IMG/VR virus record: IMGVR_UViG_3300028591_000093
Span: 80,765 to 144,764 of that record
Length of the DNA stretch: 64,000 nt
Direction: 5' to 3' (one strand)
From: a virus
Lineage: Duplodnaviria; Heunggongvirae; Uroviricota; Caudoviricetes
Shown here: piece by piece, positions 8,890 through 19,845 of the stretch
Position numbering within the stretch: position 1 is the first letter of the stretch
How the letters are laid out: each line of letters starts with the position of its first letter
Translations under genes and position numbers: made by a program
The notes under the pieces: generated by a model
Told to the model about the DNA's origin: nothing
The model's input: only the letters and a program-made list of their open reading frames with translations
Databases searched by the model: none

Positions 8890-9078
8890 ATGCCTATAAG
8901 TAATGATTACTTTGAATGTGAAGTCTATAATGAGAAGGGTGTACTAATTGATACTACAAACTTCAACAGAAAAACAAAAGCTGAATATCTCAAAGAACAT
9001 CCAACTCATAGGATTCTAGTGGTAGAGAAATTTAAGCATGAACAGAGAGACAGCTTTAGTGATTTGTTTGGAATGTAA
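8890..9078 (+). CDS. Hypothetical protein
   Basis: 62-aa ORF preceded by an A-rich leader. Confidence 0.6.
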   Translation: MPISNDYFECEVYNEKGVLIDTTNFNRKTKAEYLKEHPTHRILVVEKFKHEQRDSFSDLFGM

Positions 9079-9331
9079 TTGTGGCATTTATTCTAAGTAT
9101 GTTTTTCAAAATACAAACACTGGTGAATTGTTGATGGTTACTAAAAATCCGCATTGGGATGATACAGTAATTAAGAGAGGAACTAAAGGCTATCTCACTT
9201 TTGAGGAAGTTCTTGCTGGTCAACCTTTCTACAATTCAAGACTAAACAAAGAAGAAAAATACAAACATGACAATATTTTCTATATAGATTTTGTAATTGT
9301 TAAAGAAAAGTTAGATGAAATTAGATTATGA
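9038..9331 (+). CDS. Hypothetical protein with CxxCxC-like N-terminal cysteines
   Basis: 97-aa ORF containing CLECNC; ATGA overlap with the next gene. Confidence 0.65.
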   Translation: MNRETALVICLECNCGIYSKYVFQNTNTGELLMVTKNPHWDDTVIKRGTKGYLTFEEVLAGQPFYNSRLNKEEKYKHDNIFYIDFVIVKEKLDEIRL

Positions 9332-10167
9332 TAAATGATTTTAGCTCTTATATATGGAGGCTAGAAAGACCAACTGGAAACAGAACTGAAAAGCAGAAGA
9401 CTGTCAGAATGATTGATATGAATGAAGAGGAACTCCTTAAAGCATATCAGCATTGTAAAGACATGCTTTTTAACTCTTCAAGAAAGAATCCAGGTAGAGT
9501 TTTAGTCTTGGAGCAACTCAAAAACCAGCTTGCTAAATGTAATGCTGAGGGATTAAGAAGATGGTATCTTGACTTAGAAGATGAGAATGGTGAGAAGAAA
9601 TTCACTAGTTCTACTCTTTTGGCAGATATTAGAATGTATCCTTATCTTAAAGAAGTGCAACTCAAAGAAGGTGAGGAATTACTTGTATCCCATTTTGTTA
9701 GTGTTCCAGCAGAATTCAAGAATGTTACAATAGAAGACCTTAAGTTAGCTTGTTTATATCATCTTGGTAACTTTGACCATTCTCATTTAACCTTTACATT
9801 CTTATTTAATATGGGTGTATGGTATACATTTGATGATGAGCAAAGATTAGAAGAACAAGTTGGTAAGAATGACAAAGCAAAACTTGAAAGAGTAAAGGAA
9901 TGGATAGGTCTTGACCCAAACACTCCACTCAAGTTTTCTTCTTCTGGTTTAAGCGTAACTCAATTAACAGAAATGTTTGAGTTAAAGAAGAAGAGATACC
10001 CTTCCTATTACATGATGAATACTATTCAATTGACTGTATTGAGAACAAAGGTGCTTGATTTGTTGATTGATACTGTAGAGAAACATGCTAAGATTTGGAA
10101 GCTTCTAATGAAACAAATTGAAGAAGTTGCTCAGTATAAGGGTTATGATTTACAAGCTGGACTATGA
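9328..10167 (+). CDS. Hypothetical protein upstream of PolB
   Basis: 279-aa ORF with ATGA overlaps on both sides. Confidence 0.8.
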   Translation: MINDFSSYIWRLERPTGNRTEKQKTVRMIDMNEEELLKAYQHCKDMLFNSSRKNPGRVLVLEQLKNQLAKCNAEGLRRWYLDLEDENGEKKFTSSTLLADIRMYPYLKEVQLKEGEELLVSHFVSVPAEFKNVTIEDLKLACLYHLGNFDHSHLTFTFLFNMGVWYTFDDEQRLEEQVGKNDKAKLERVKEWIGLDPNTPLKFSSSGLSVTQLTEMFELKKKRYPSYYMMNTIQLTVLRTKVLDLLIDTVEKHAKIWKLLMKQIEEVAQYKGYDLQAGL

Positions 10168-12248
10168 TAATAAAAGGAAAGCCAGTAGCAGTATATGATA
10201 TTGAGGTCTTTTCTAATTGTTTTCATTGTGTAGTAAAGGATACAGAAACAGGAGAAATATTTAAATTTGAAATATCTGAAAGAAAAAATCAGATAAAAGA
10301 ATTGATTCAGTTCTTCTGGAGAACTAAGTATCTGATGTGTGGATATAACTGTATCCATTATGATAACCCTATTATAAACTATATCCTCGATTATAGAATC
10401 ACACTTTCCAACTTAGGATATAGTAGGATTTGTCAAAGTTTATTTAATCTAAGTAACACCATTATTGGTACAGATGACTTTGATTCTTGGAAAAAGTGGA
10501 AATATGCTAAAAACTTTAGTACTCTTGACCTTTTAACTATGCTCTTTTCTCAAAAATTAAGAGTAGGTTTGAAGGAAATGCAGGTCACAATGCAGTATAA
10601 AAATGTACAAGAGTATGATGGTGACTTTAGAAAACCAATTCCTGTAACAGATATAGATAATATGATTCAGTATAATATCAATGATGTATTGAGTACTGAA
10701 GAACTTCTCTATAGATGTAAAAAACAGATTGAACTTAGACTTGGTATTGAAGAAGAATATGGAGTTGATGTTCTAAGTAAGGATGGTATGTCTATTGGCA
10801 TGGAAATTTTAAAGGTTAAGTATCTTGAAAAGACTGGCAAGTCTTGGAATGATATTAAAGACCTTAGAAGTCCATGTGATGCCATTGATTTAAGTAAAGT
10901 TATATTTCCAGTTATTAACTTTAACACTCCTGTGTTGCAACAATTACTAGAAGAAATGAAATCCTTAATTGTCAGTCCTGGCAGAAAGGGTTATGAAAAA
11001 CATTTCTTACTACAAAATGTAGAAGTTGTAGTTGGTGTTGGTGGTATTCATACAAAGAATAAACCAGAAGTTATTATTCCAAATGAAAATCAAGATTTAC
11101 TAGATAGTGATGTTAATTCCCTATATCCTTCTCTTGTTATTAGTTATGGTCTAGTTCCGCCTCATCTTGGGAAGCAGTTCCTAGAGATATATGGTGATGT
11201 AAGAACAGAAAGACTTGAAGCTAAAGCTACTGGTAAGAAGATTAAAAATGAGACTTTAAAGTTGAGTTTAAATGGACTTACTGGTAATCTTCAGAATGAG
11301 TATAGTTGGGTTTACTCTCCTGAAACTGTAATGAAAATAAGAATCAATGGACAATTGTTCTTGTTAATGCTTGCAGAAAGATTGATTGCAATTGGAGCTA
11401 CTATCATTCAGTTAAATACTGATGGTGTACTCTATTTAATTGATAAAGATAAGAGACCTCTTTTGGATAAAGTGTTAAAAGGTTGGGAAGAAATAACCAA
11501 GCTTACACTTGAAACAGAAGAATTTGAAGCTTTCTATCAATATGCCATCAATGACTATTTGGGTATTAGTAAAGGTTATGCTCAAAAGAAGAAAGAATTT
11601 GAAGAAGGAAAAGCCTTTAATAAGAAAGGTGAACAGTATACATCACTATCTCAAATAAAAGATGACTTCTTGAAAAAGAAGGGTCTTTTTATTGATACTG
11701 TCACTCTAGGTAAAGGTATGCAACCAATGATTATACCTAAAGCCATCAATGATTATTTATCTGATGGAATACCTATTAGAGATACAATAAGGGCATGTAG
11801 GAATATAAATGATTTTATTACTTATCAGAAAGTTGATAAGAAATTTTCTGTAGAATATAATGGTAAGTTAATCAACAGAATTAACAGATATTATGTATCT
11901 ACAAAAGGCTATTATTTGTATAAGTGTGTAGTAAACAATGTTTATGTTGATGAGGAATATGCAGAAATAGAGGTTAAAGCAACTGGTCAAAGGATGGAAC
12001 TTCCTGTTAGAGTTCTAATGGAAGAAAATCCAGGAGATAAGGTACATGTTATTAAATATTTTTACAAAGGTACACCAAGAGAAAGAAGAGATGACTATTC
12101 TAGTATGTTATCTGCTTCTGGTGTAAAAATTGTAAATAACCTTGAAGAAGTGCAAGAATTCCCAGACGATATAAACTACTCTTATTATATAAATGAAGCT
12201 AATAAAATTATTGCTCCATTTGCTCTTAGACAGTTATCATTGTTTTGA
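10164..12248 (+). CDS. polB: DNA polymerase family B
   Basis: Exonuclease YDIE and YN-x-x-x-YD; polymerase DVNSLYPS, KLSLNGLTG and NTDG. Confidence 0.95.
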   Translation: MIIKGKPVAVYDIEVFSNCFHCVVKDTETGEIFKFEISERKNQIKELIQFFWRTKYLMCGYNCIHYDNPIINYILDYRITLSNLGYSRICQSLFNLSNTIIGTDDFDSWKKWKYAKNFSTLDLLTMLFSQKLRVGLKEMQVTMQYKNVQEYDGDFRKPIPVTDIDNMIQYNINDVLSTEELLYRCKKQIELRLGIEEEYGVDVLSKDGMSIGMEILKVKYLEKTGKSWNDIKDLRSPCDAIDLSKVIFPVINFNTPVLQQLLEEMKSLIVSPGRKGYEKHFLLQNVEVVVGVGGIHTKNKPEVIIPNENQDLLDSDVNSLYPSLVISYGLVPPHLGKQFLEIYGDVRTERLEAKATGKKIKNETLKLSLNGLTGNLQNEYSWVYSPETVMKIRINGQLFLLMLAERLIAIGATIIQLNTDGVLYLIDKDKRPLLDKVLKGWEEITKLTLETEEFEAFYQYAINDYLGISKGYAQKKKEFEEGKAFNKKGEQYTSLSQIKDDFLKKKGLFIDTVTLGKGMQPMIIPKAINDYLSDGIPIRDTIRACRNINDFITYQKVDKKFSVEYNGKLINRINRYYVSTKGYYLYKCVVNNVYVDEEYAEIEVKATGQRMELPVRVLMEENPGDKVHVIKYFYKGTPRERRDDYSSMLSASGVKIVNNLEEVQEFPDDINYSYYINEANKIIAPFALRQLSLF

Positions 12249-12257
12249 TATACTGTA

Positions 12258-12695
12258 ATGGAAGTTAAATATACTGAAATAACATTTAATAGTGTTGAAG
12301 ACTTACTGGCATATCAGAGAAGTCAAAAAACACAAAAAGGACAGGATATGTTTACTGTAACATCTTCTAGTCCTGAGGTAAGACCTCAAATACCTGCTAC
12401 TAGAGTAATAGAAGCTGGTAGAAGAACTCCTGAAGTTACTGGTAGAAATATTGGTTGGACTTTAGGTGCTCTTAGAGCTGCCCTTGTTGGCAAGAAAATC
12501 ACTTGGAATCATTGGAACAATGGTGTATATCAGGACAAATCTGGTATTGTTGAAACTGTTGGTCCTTGTGTAGATGGAACCAGTGGTTGGTTTGGGGATA
12601 CTTCTGTTTCTGTAAAGTTCAGAGGTGCTGGCAAACCTATTCCTCTGTATAGGCATGAACTTAAAAAAGCCGTTATAGAGGATGCAGTGGATTGA
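12258..12695 (+). CDS. Hypothetical protein
   Basis: 145-aa ORF. Confidence 0.75.
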   Translation: MEVKYTEITFNSVEDLLAYQRSQKTQKGQDMFTVTSSSPEVRPQIPATRVIEAGRRTPEVTGRNIGWTLGALRAALVGKKITWNHWNNGVYQDKSGIVETVGPCVDGTSGWFGDTSVSVKFRGAGKPIPLYRHELKKAVIEDAVD

Positions 12696-13563
12696 TTCTT
12701 CCTATCAGTTAATCAAGCCTGAATGGGGAGAAGATGCAATGTTTGAGAATATTGAAAGGGCTGGAAGAATTTGTTATGCAAGTGAGCCTAAAGAAGGTGT
12801 AACTGCTAGACAATTTACTGAAAGACTTATCAAATCTAACCATCTCAGTCCACTTGAATTTGGAGTCTGTTATTTACATTATAGGTGTAGTAAACCTAAA
12901 GATAGTGAACCAACAGATTCTATATGGGATACTTACAATATTCTTACTGCAAGATACAAAAATAATAAGTACTCTACTTTTCATGCTTATGAAGGTAAGA
13001 CTTTCTTACAAATTGATATAACTACTAATTACAGAGTACTTGTGGAAAATGGTTGGACAGAAGATTTACAATTCATGTCTGAACCAACAAAGAACCATAG
13101 TATTTACTATACTGTAATTTTTACATGTAGTGAAGGTGTGGCAAGAGAATTTTGTAGACATAGATTAGCAGCACATGCTCAACAATCTACAAGATATTGT
13201 AATTTCTCAAAGGACAAATTTGGTAATGAAATAACTTTCATCAATCCAGAGTGGTTTAAGAAACCAGGTATGGCTGCTCCTAGAAATGCTCTAAAAGGTA
13301 AATGTGCTGAATTAGAGTATGAATATATGAACATGATTGGTAGAAATATGCTTCCACAAGAAGCAAGAGAAATTTTACCATTGTGTACTAAGACAGTTAC
13401 AGCCATGTGTACTTCTTTTAATGATTGGAATCACTTCTTTGAGTTAAGAGCACTTGGTTCAACTGGAGCACCACATCCTGATGCTAAAGCATTAGCAGAA
13501 CCTTTAATGGAAGAAATGACTGCTATGCACTCCCAAATTTGGGAACAGATAACAATGATTTGA
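12682..13563 (+). CDS. thyX: FAD-dependent thymidylate synthase
   Basis: RHR-x7-S-T-R-Y signature (RHRLAAHAQQSTRY), HLSPLE and AREILP. Confidence 0.92.
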   Translation: MQWIDSSYQLIKPEWGEDAMFENIERAGRICYASEPKEGVTARQFTERLIKSNHLSPLEFGVCYLHYRCSKPKDSEPTDSIWDTYNILTARYKNNKYSTFHAYEGKTFLQIDITTNYRVLVENGWTEDLQFMSEPTKNHSIYYTVIFTCSEGVAREFCRHRLAAHAQQSTRYCNFSKDKFGNEITFINPEWFKKPGMAAPRNALKGKCAELEYEYMNMIGRNMLPQEAREILPLCTKTVTAMCTSFNDWNHFFELRALGSTGAPHPDAKALAEPLMEEMTAMHSQIWEQITMI

Positions 13564-13565
13564 AA

Positions 13566-14792
13566 ATGACTAGAACTGAAAGGCAAATGCTTGGATTGCA
13601 AAAATGGGCAGATGCTAATTTCAGAGGAACTCTATGTTATGGTGTAGGAGTTGGTAAAACAAGGACTGCATTAACAGCTGTACAAAAATTCCTAGAAAAG
13701 AATCCTACTGGAAAAGTTGTTGTGGTAGTACCAACTAAGGTACTTAAAGAACAATGGAAAGAAGCAGCAGAAAAAATGGGTTTATCTTTAAATATAAAGA
13801 TTGCCAATACTGCGGCTAAGAAGAAATTTGATTGTGATTTTCTAGTTTTAGATGAGTTACATCATTATTCTTCACCATCTTTTAGGAAGGTTTTCTTAAC
13901 AAGTAAACCAAGGTTAATTCTAGGATTAACAGCTACTTATGAAAGATTAGATGGCTTAGAGAAAGAAGTAGTTGATAAATATTGTCCTGTTTGTGACATC
14001 ATTACCTATCAAGAAGCAGAAAAGAATGGCTGGGTATCTCCTTGTAGAGTATACAAAGTTATTCTTGATGTAGATTTGAAAGATTATGAAGCTGCAAACA
14101 GACAATTTATGAGCTGCTTTGCTATGTTCGGATATGATTTCAATTTAGCAATGAGTTTAGTCTCTGATTGGAGAAACCAAATCACATATGCACATGATAA
14201 TAACTTTGAATTAAAAGAAGTTAGACAGTGTACATATGGATTCAATCATGCCCTCCAGTTCAGAAAGTCTTTTATAGCAAATCATCCACATAAGATTGAG
14301 GTTGCAAAACAGATACTTGCTGCTAGACCTCAAGCTAAAGCAATTACTTTCAATGGAAGTATTGCACAATGCCAAGCTTATGGCAATGGAATTGTAGTTC
14401 ATTCTAACAATTCCAAAAAACAAAATGATGAACTGATAAAACAGTTCTCTGAAGCAGAAGGTGGTGCTATTATACATAGTGCCAAAATGCTTGATGAAGG
14501 GTTCAATGTAGAAGCTGCTGATTTAGCTATTATTACTGGTTTTAATTCCTCTAAACATACTGCTACACAAAGAAAAGGCAGGGTATCAAGAGCTTATGAA
14601 GGTAAAATAGCTGAAGTATACTGGTTAGTATTAAAAAATACTGTAGAGGATAAATGGTGGCAAAATGCTAATGAAGGAGCAGAATACTATGAACTCAATG
14701 AGGAAGAATTACAGCAAGTACTGAATGACCCTCAGTCTATACAAAAAACTCTAAAAGTGCAAAGTAAAGTTAGGCATAATTTCAGTGCATAA
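13566..14792 (+). CDS. Superfamily 2 (DExH) helicase
   Basis: GVGVGKT, DELH, GLTAT, LDEG and QRKGR motifs; start set at ATG 13566. Confidence 0.9.
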   Translation: MTRTERQMLGLQKWADANFRGTLCYGVGVGKTRTALTAVQKFLEKNPTGKVVVVVPTKVLKEQWKEAAEKMGLSLNIKIANTAAKKKFDCDFLVLDELHHYSSPSFRKVFLTSKPRLILGLTATYERLDGLEKEVVDKYCPVCDIITYQEAEKNGWVSPCRVYKVILDVDLKDYEAANRQFMSCFAMFGYDFNLAMSLVSDWRNQITYAHDNNFELKEVRQCTYGFNHALQFRKSFIANHPHKIEVAKQILAARPQAKAITFNGSIAQCQAYGNGIVVHSNNSKKQNDELIKQFSEAEGGAIIHSAKMLDEGFNVEAADLAIITGFNSSKHTATQRKGRVSRAYEGKIAEVYWLVLKNTVEDKWWQNANEGAEYYELNEEELQQVLNDPQSIQKTLKVQSKVRHNFSA

Positions 14793-14803
14793 CTCTATTA
14801 AGT

Positions 14804-15427
14804 ATGGCATATTTTGATTTAAGTGTAGATAGAGAAATTGATTTCATGCTTGCATATGGGCTTACAGCAGATGAATTATTTGTTATTAAGCTCATATATT
14901 ATGCACAAAATGGTCATGATGAGTATATCACAAAATACTTTAATGAATGCCATTTGACACTTGACTTAGTAGATATACTACAAAGTCTACAGGATAAAGG
15001 AGTAATCCTGAAGTCCTATAAAATTCCTACAAAAAATGCTGTATTTAATCCAGTAGATGTTGAATTTGGACAACTGTTCAAAAGAAACTATAACATGCAC
15101 TCCTGGGATATGGGAATGGATATATTTAATCTATATCCCACATTCCTAGGTTCTGATGCAACTAGATATTCTGCAAAGAATATAGCTAAGCACTTTAAGA
15201 GTATGGATGAGTTTTGCTTTGCCTATGGTAAAAGTATTAAATTCAACCCAGAAGTACATCAAAAAGTACTGGATATTTTACAGTGGGCAATAGAGAATAA
15301 TGAAATTTCTTATGGTATCTGTGAATTTGTAATCTCTATGAAATGGAGAGAACTTGAGCAGATAAGAGAAACAAAAGAGGTTGGTGAAGACTCTTTGGAA
15401 GACTATAATCCCTTTAAAGTTATATGA
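14804..15427 (+). CDS. Hypothetical protein (possible replication organiser or helicase loader)
   Basis: 207-aa ORF translationally coupled to DnaB; function inferred from position only. Confidence 0.55.
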   Translation: MAYFDLSVDREIDFMLAYGLTADELFVIKLIYYAQNGHDEYITKYFNECHLTLDLVDILQSLQDKGVILKSYKIPTKNAVFNPVDVEFGQLFKRNYNMHSWDMGMDIFNLYPTFLGSDATRYSAKNIAKHFKSMDEFCFAYGKSIKFNPEVHQKVLDILQWAIENNEISYGICEFVISMKWRELEQIRETKEVGEDSLEDYNPFKVI

Positions 15428-16467
15428 TAGAAGAACTATTCAATAGCATTAGAAGGGGTAAAGAAGGTATGAACATAGGTTTACCTTCAGGTTTACCAAA
15501 GCTTGATAAGTATACTTATGGTATACAAAGAGGATGGCTAACTCTTTATGGAGGTGATTCAGGTAGTGGTAAAACTACTTTGATGTTATATACAAGCGTG
15601 TATACCCCATTTATGCATTATCTTAGAAATAAGAAGAATGATGCTAGCTTAGATGTTAACTTCTTACTTTTTTCTTTTGAGATGAGTAAAGAAGTACTCT
15701 TAGCCAAACTCTTATCCCTTTATATTCATGAGACATATCATAAGGTAATTCCTTATTCTACAATTCTATCTCTTAATGAAACTATTTCTGATGAAGATTT
15801 ACAATATGTAGAAGCTTCTAAAGAATGGTTACTAGAACTAGAGAAAAAGTGTACAATTATTGAGAAACAATTAACTGCACAACAAGTTGGAACTGCATTC
15901 AAAGCTTGGAGTGAGAGATTTGGTAAGTATGAGACTGATGGGGTTAATACAGTGTATATACCTAATAACCCTAAACAGTTCATGGTGGTAGTAGTTGACC
16001 ATGTTAAATTACTTGCTAAAGCTTCTGGACACACTGACAAACAAGAGATAGATGAACTATCTCAAGTTGCAATGGAGGCTAAGAACTTAACTAAGTCTTC
16101 TTGGGCATTAGTTCAGCAGTTAAATAGAAATTTCAAGAGTATTGAGAGAAGAAAAAGTCAATGGAACTTAGTTTCAATGGAAGACTTCTCAGACACTTCT
16201 AGTACAGCTCAAGCAGCAGAGATTGTGATAGCTATTTATCACCCTGCAAGGGAAAGAAATCTCAGATGCTGCGGATATGACTTCATGCAACTTGGAGATA
16301 ATGCTGACAGAGCTAGAATGTTACTACTGCTAAAACAAAGATTTGGTATTGCTGATGTTGCAATGGGTACTGCTTTTTATGGTGAGACTGGATTATGGAA
16401 ACAACTTCCATCTCCATCTGAACTGCAAGAACATCCAGAGCTATATGAACAATATAAAAATTTATAA
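15424..16467 (+). CDS. dnaB: Replicative DnaB-like (SF4) helicase
   Basis: GDSGSGKT, SFEM, VVDH, QQLNR and KQRFG. Confidence 0.9.
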   Translation: MIEELFNSIRRGKEGMNIGLPSGLPKLDKYTYGIQRGWLTLYGGDSGSGKTTLMLYTSVYTPFMHYLRNKKNDASLDVNFLLFSFEMSKEVLLAKLLSLYIHETYHKVIPYSTILSLNETISDEDLQYVEASKEWLLELEKKCTIIEKQLTAQQVGTAFKAWSERFGKYETDGVNTVYIPNNPKQFMVVVVDHVKLLAKASGHTDKQEIDELSQVAMEAKNLTKSSWALVQQLNRNFKSIERRKSQWNLVSMEDFSDTSSTAQAAEIVIAIYHPARERNLRCCGYDFMQLGDNADRARMLLLLKQRFGIADVAMGTAFYGETGLWKQLPSPSELQEHPELYEQYKNL

Positions 16468-16470
16468 TAC

Positions 16471-17169
16471 ATGGCAGAGTTAATTGCAATTGTAGGAAAC
16501 TCTGGGTCAGGTAAGTCTAGTTCAATTAGAACACTTGACCCTACTAGCACATTTATTATCAATGTAGCTGGTAAGCCACTTCCTTTTAAGGGGTGGAAAA
16601 CTAAATATCCATTCTTGAAAAAGAATGAAAATGGACAGCTTGTAGGTAACATTCATAACACATCTAATGTGGATGAAATTGATACCTTGTTACAATATGT
16701 AGACAAGCAAAGAAAAGATATTAAAGTTGTTGTATTGGAAGACACTCAATATCTTATGGCATTTGAAGCTATGGATAGAAGTCAAGAGAAATCTTATGAC
16801 AAATTTGTTCAGATTGCTTCTCATTTCTATAAGGTAATTGATAGGGCAAGAAAGATGAGAGATGACCTCAAAATCTTCATTTTAACTCATGCTGAAAACA
16901 TTGGTACTCCAGAAGCTCCATCTTACAAGATGAAGACCGTTGGAAAAATGCTTGATAACATGGTTACTCTTGAAGGCTTGTTCACCTATGTATTTTACAC
17001 AACAATTGGCAAAGATGAATCAACTGGTATGCCCAGTTATAAGCTTATCACCCAGTCTGATGGTACTACTACTGCCAAGACCCCTCTTGGATGTTTTGAT
17101 GATATGCTGATAGATAATGATATGGATTATATTGTTAAGAGTATTGACAAATATAATCTGGGTGACTAA
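16471..17169 (+). CDS. AAA_24/Sak4-like P-loop ATPase (putative annealase)
   Basis: GNSGSGKSS Walker A and VVLED Walker B; located between DnaB and the SSB-like gene. Confidence 0.75.
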   Translation: MAELIAIVGNSGSGKSSSIRTLDPTSTFIINVAGKPLPFKGWKTKYPFLKKNENGQLVGNIHNTSNVDEIDTLLQYVDKQRKDIKVVVLEDTQYLMAFEAMDRSQEKSYDKFVQIASHFYKVIDRARKMRDDLKIFILTHAENIGTPEAPSYKMKTVGKMLDNMVTLEGLFTYVFYTTIGKDESTGMPSYKLITQSDGTTTAKTPLGCFDDMLIDNDMDYIVKSIDKYNLGD

Positions 17170-17188
17170 TTAAAAGCTTTTGATTTAT

Positions 17189-17893
17189 ATGGTATTTAGT
17201 TTTAATTCTGTAGCTGGTATTAAACCAACCAATGCCCCTGCTCCATTAGAGGGTAATAAAATTCATACTGTGATATTTGAAGGTGTTGAATCTACTGATG
17301 TCACTAGTACAAATAATGGAAATACTTACAAACTGTTGAGAATTAAATTCTCTAATAGTGAAGGTCAGTTTGTTAAAACTTACTTTGAGCCAGATGCTAA
17401 TGCAGACCAACCTGTAATTAGCAAGACTTCTGTAGGTGATATTGTTAATCCTTCACCAAACCTTCAGATGCTTTATACTCTTAAACAACTTCTTGCTGTT
17501 GCAAATCCTGCATTCAATGAGAAGATTGATAGAGGTGAAGTAAATGATTTAAGCTCTTGGGATTCTCTTAGAGCTGCAATGGTAGCTGCTACCAAGGATT
17601 TCATTGGTCAAACTTGTCAAATCAAGTTGATTAAGAATTCTAAGGGTGAAGCTATTCTTCCTGGTACAGTTGTAAACTTCAATAAGGAGAATCAACTGTA
17701 TCCTGCTTCTACTGTGATTGGTAAGAACATCACATGGACTAAGAAGGAGAAAGAAAGAATTGAAAGAGAAGCTAGTGCACAACCTACTCCAGTAGGTATG
17801 CCAGCTGACAGTCCTTTGGCAGGTGTTGCTACTGAACCAGCAGAACCTGAGGTACCAGAGACTAATTTCAATATGAGTTTTCTTCAACAATAA
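17189..17893 (+). CDS. Putative single-stranded DNA-binding protein
   Basis: Beta-rich fold followed by an acidic/Pro tail ending in aromatic residues (NFNMSFLQQ); position in the replication cluster. Confidence 0.55.
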   Translation: MVFSFNSVAGIKPTNAPAPLEGNKIHTVIFEGVESTDVTSTNNGNTYKLLRIKFSNSEGQFVKTYFEPDANADQPVISKTSVGDIVNPSPNLQMLYTLKQLLAVANPAFNEKIDRGEVNDLSSWDSLRAAMVAATKDFIGQTCQIKLIKNSKGEAILPGTVVNFNKENQLYPASTVIGKNITWTKKEKERIEREASAQPTPVGMPADSPLAGVATEPAEPEVPETNFNMSFLQQ

Positions 17894-17900
17894 TTGAAGT

Positions 17901-18926
17901 ATGACATTTACTATTCCAAGAACAGTAAGAAAAGTTACTAGGGAGTTCCTTCTGGAACACAACACAGAAGAAACTTACATGCAAACTTATCTTGGAGTTC
18001 CTGTTAAAAAAGGTTTATTTATAAGCCCAATTAGACATGATAAAAGACCTACTGCTTCTTTCTTTAGAAGTAGAGATGGAGCTTTACTGTTTCATGATTT
18101 TGGAATAGGTTTTAAAGCTGACTTTGTAGGGGTGGTTAGACAATTGTTTAACCTCTCCTATAGTCAAGCTTTGAATAAAATAGCTTCTGACTTTGGTCTT
18201 AATCCTGGACAGGAGCAATGTCTTCCTAAGATTAAAGTTAGTGTCTGTGAAGAAACAATTACTGCACATGAAGCAGCACAAATCCAGATAGAAATGCAAC
18301 CTTTTACAGAAAAAGAATTAGCATGGTGGGCTTCTTATGGAATAACGCCAGAAACTCTGAGAAAGTACAGAGTATATTCTTGTAAAAATGTATTTCTAAA
18401 TGGTAACTACTTTACTAGTAGTACACCAACTAGCCCAGCATTTGGCTATTTTGGTGGACTAAAAGAAGGTAGTGAAATATGGAAAATTTATTTTCCTAAA
18501 AGAAAAATGTATAGGTTTATAAGTAACTGGAATGGCACAATGCTACAAGGAAGTCAGCACCTTCCAAAAAGTGGCAATTTCTTAGTTATTACTAAATCTA
18601 TGAAAGATGTTATGGCACTCCATGAATTTGGAATTCCTGCTATAGCACCTGGCAGTGAAACATCTTTTGTAACTAATCAACAACTAGACAGACTTAAAAG
18701 TAGATTTAGGAATATAGTTGTCTTCTATGATAATGATTTACCAGGCATTATGGGAATGAGAAAAATCAAGAAGATGCATCCTGAATTAACTTATGTTTGG
18801 ATTCCTAGAAAGTATGGTGCAAAAGATTTCTCTGACTTATACAAAAAATTTGGAAAGGATGTCGTGAAGGATATGCTAATCCAATTTACTAATAGATATA
18901 GCAATGGATGCAAAAACATTAAATGA
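17901..18926 (+). CDS. DNA primase (TOPRIM)
   Basis: ITKSMKD, YDND and KDFSD; N-terminal SPIRHDKRPTASF domain. Confidence 0.85.
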   Translation: MTFTIPRTVRKVTREFLLEHNTEETYMQTYLGVPVKKGLFISPIRHDKRPTASFFRSRDGALLFHDFGIGFKADFVGVVRQLFNLSYSQALNKIASDFGLNPGQEQCLPKIKVSVCEETITAHEAAQIQIEMQPFTEKELAWWASYGITPETLRKYRVYSCKNVFLNGNYFTSSTPTSPAFGYFGGLKEGSEIWKIYFPKRKMYRFISNWNGTMLQGSQHLPKSGNFLVITKSMKDVMALHEFGIPAIAPGSETSFVTNQQLDRLKSRFRNIVVFYDNDLPGIMGMRKIKKMHPELTYVWIPRKYGAKDFSDLYKKFGKDVVKDMLIQFTNRYSNGCKNIK

Positions 18927-19245
18927 CAACTTTTTTTCAACAGGGAGACTCCTTTCTGGTAAACTGGAAGATAAACTTGAGATATTAAAAGCTGTGTGTT
19001 TTCTTACTTTTATGATTAACAAATCATTTAAGAAAGACTTTACAGCAGTTGATGTCTTAGAGAAAGTAGTGTATAAGAAGAAATTTGTGGAAACAAATGG
19101 CTTTGATGCTTTTCTTATTACTATTGGAATCATAAGTCAAGACCTGCTTTATGGCTGTGACGATGTTCCTAATCCAGGTTATAAAGACACAGAGGAGTGT
19201 TGTAAAAAGATACAACAACTGTGTTTACAGTGGGCTCCCTTCTAA
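18904..19245 (+). CDS. Hypothetical protein
   Basis: 113-aa ORF. Confidence 0.7.
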   Translation: MDAKTLNDNFFSTGRLLSGKLEDKLEILKAVCFLTFMINKSFKKDFTAVDVLEKVVYKKKFVETNGFDAFLITIGIISQDLLYGCDDVPNPGYKDTEECCKKIQQLCLQWAPF

Positions 19246-19251
19246 GTTGGT

Positions 19252-19845
19252 ATGAAACAGCTTAAAGTATCTCAAAGAAGAGGGTACTCTGCTGAACATG
19301 CATTTGAAGGACTTACATTTAGAGTCTTAGACCCTCTTATTAAAGGTGCTAACTCTACTAGGTCTTGGGTCAGAGCTGGAAAGCCTGTCCCTGGGAGTGA
19401 TGATTTTTTGGATTGGGCAGAGGCTCAGTTAGCATTCAAAACCAGAAGTCAAGTAGGATATGGTTGTTATATTGTGGTAGATAAATATACTAAAGATGTA
19501 AGGCTTAGACCTTATGCTGTATATGAAGTCCGCAACAATGACCATAGAAGATGGAAAACTGTCCATCAAGTAAGGACTGATGATTTTGATGTAGTTACAT
19601 CCAATGATGGAAATACATTGGAAGCTGTCACTATAAATAGTGTTGGCAAAGTGATTGGTGAATATGATACAAAGTCTGAAGCAATGACTGCTGCAAAGAA
19701 GTATATTGCTGAGACTAAAAAGAATTGTTCTATTGTTAGAGTTAAGATAACTGATGAAAACCCAATAGAAGCTTATTGTGTCTATAAACCATCATCAAAT
19801 GCTAAGATAGGAACCTTTGTTGCTTTTGGATATGTCGATGAATGA
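19252..19845 (+). CDS. Hypothetical protein
   Basis: 197-aa ORF. Confidence 0.75.
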   Translation: MKQLKVSQRRGYSAEHAFEGLTFRVLDPLIKGANSTRSWVRAGKPVPGSDDFLDWAEAQLAFKTRSQVGYGCYIVVDKYTKDVRLRPYAVYEVRNNDHRRWKTVHQVRTDDFDVVTSNDGNTLEAVTINSVGKVIGEYDTKSEAMTAAKKYIAETKKNCSIVRVKITDENPIEAYCVYKPSSNAKIGTFVAFGYVDE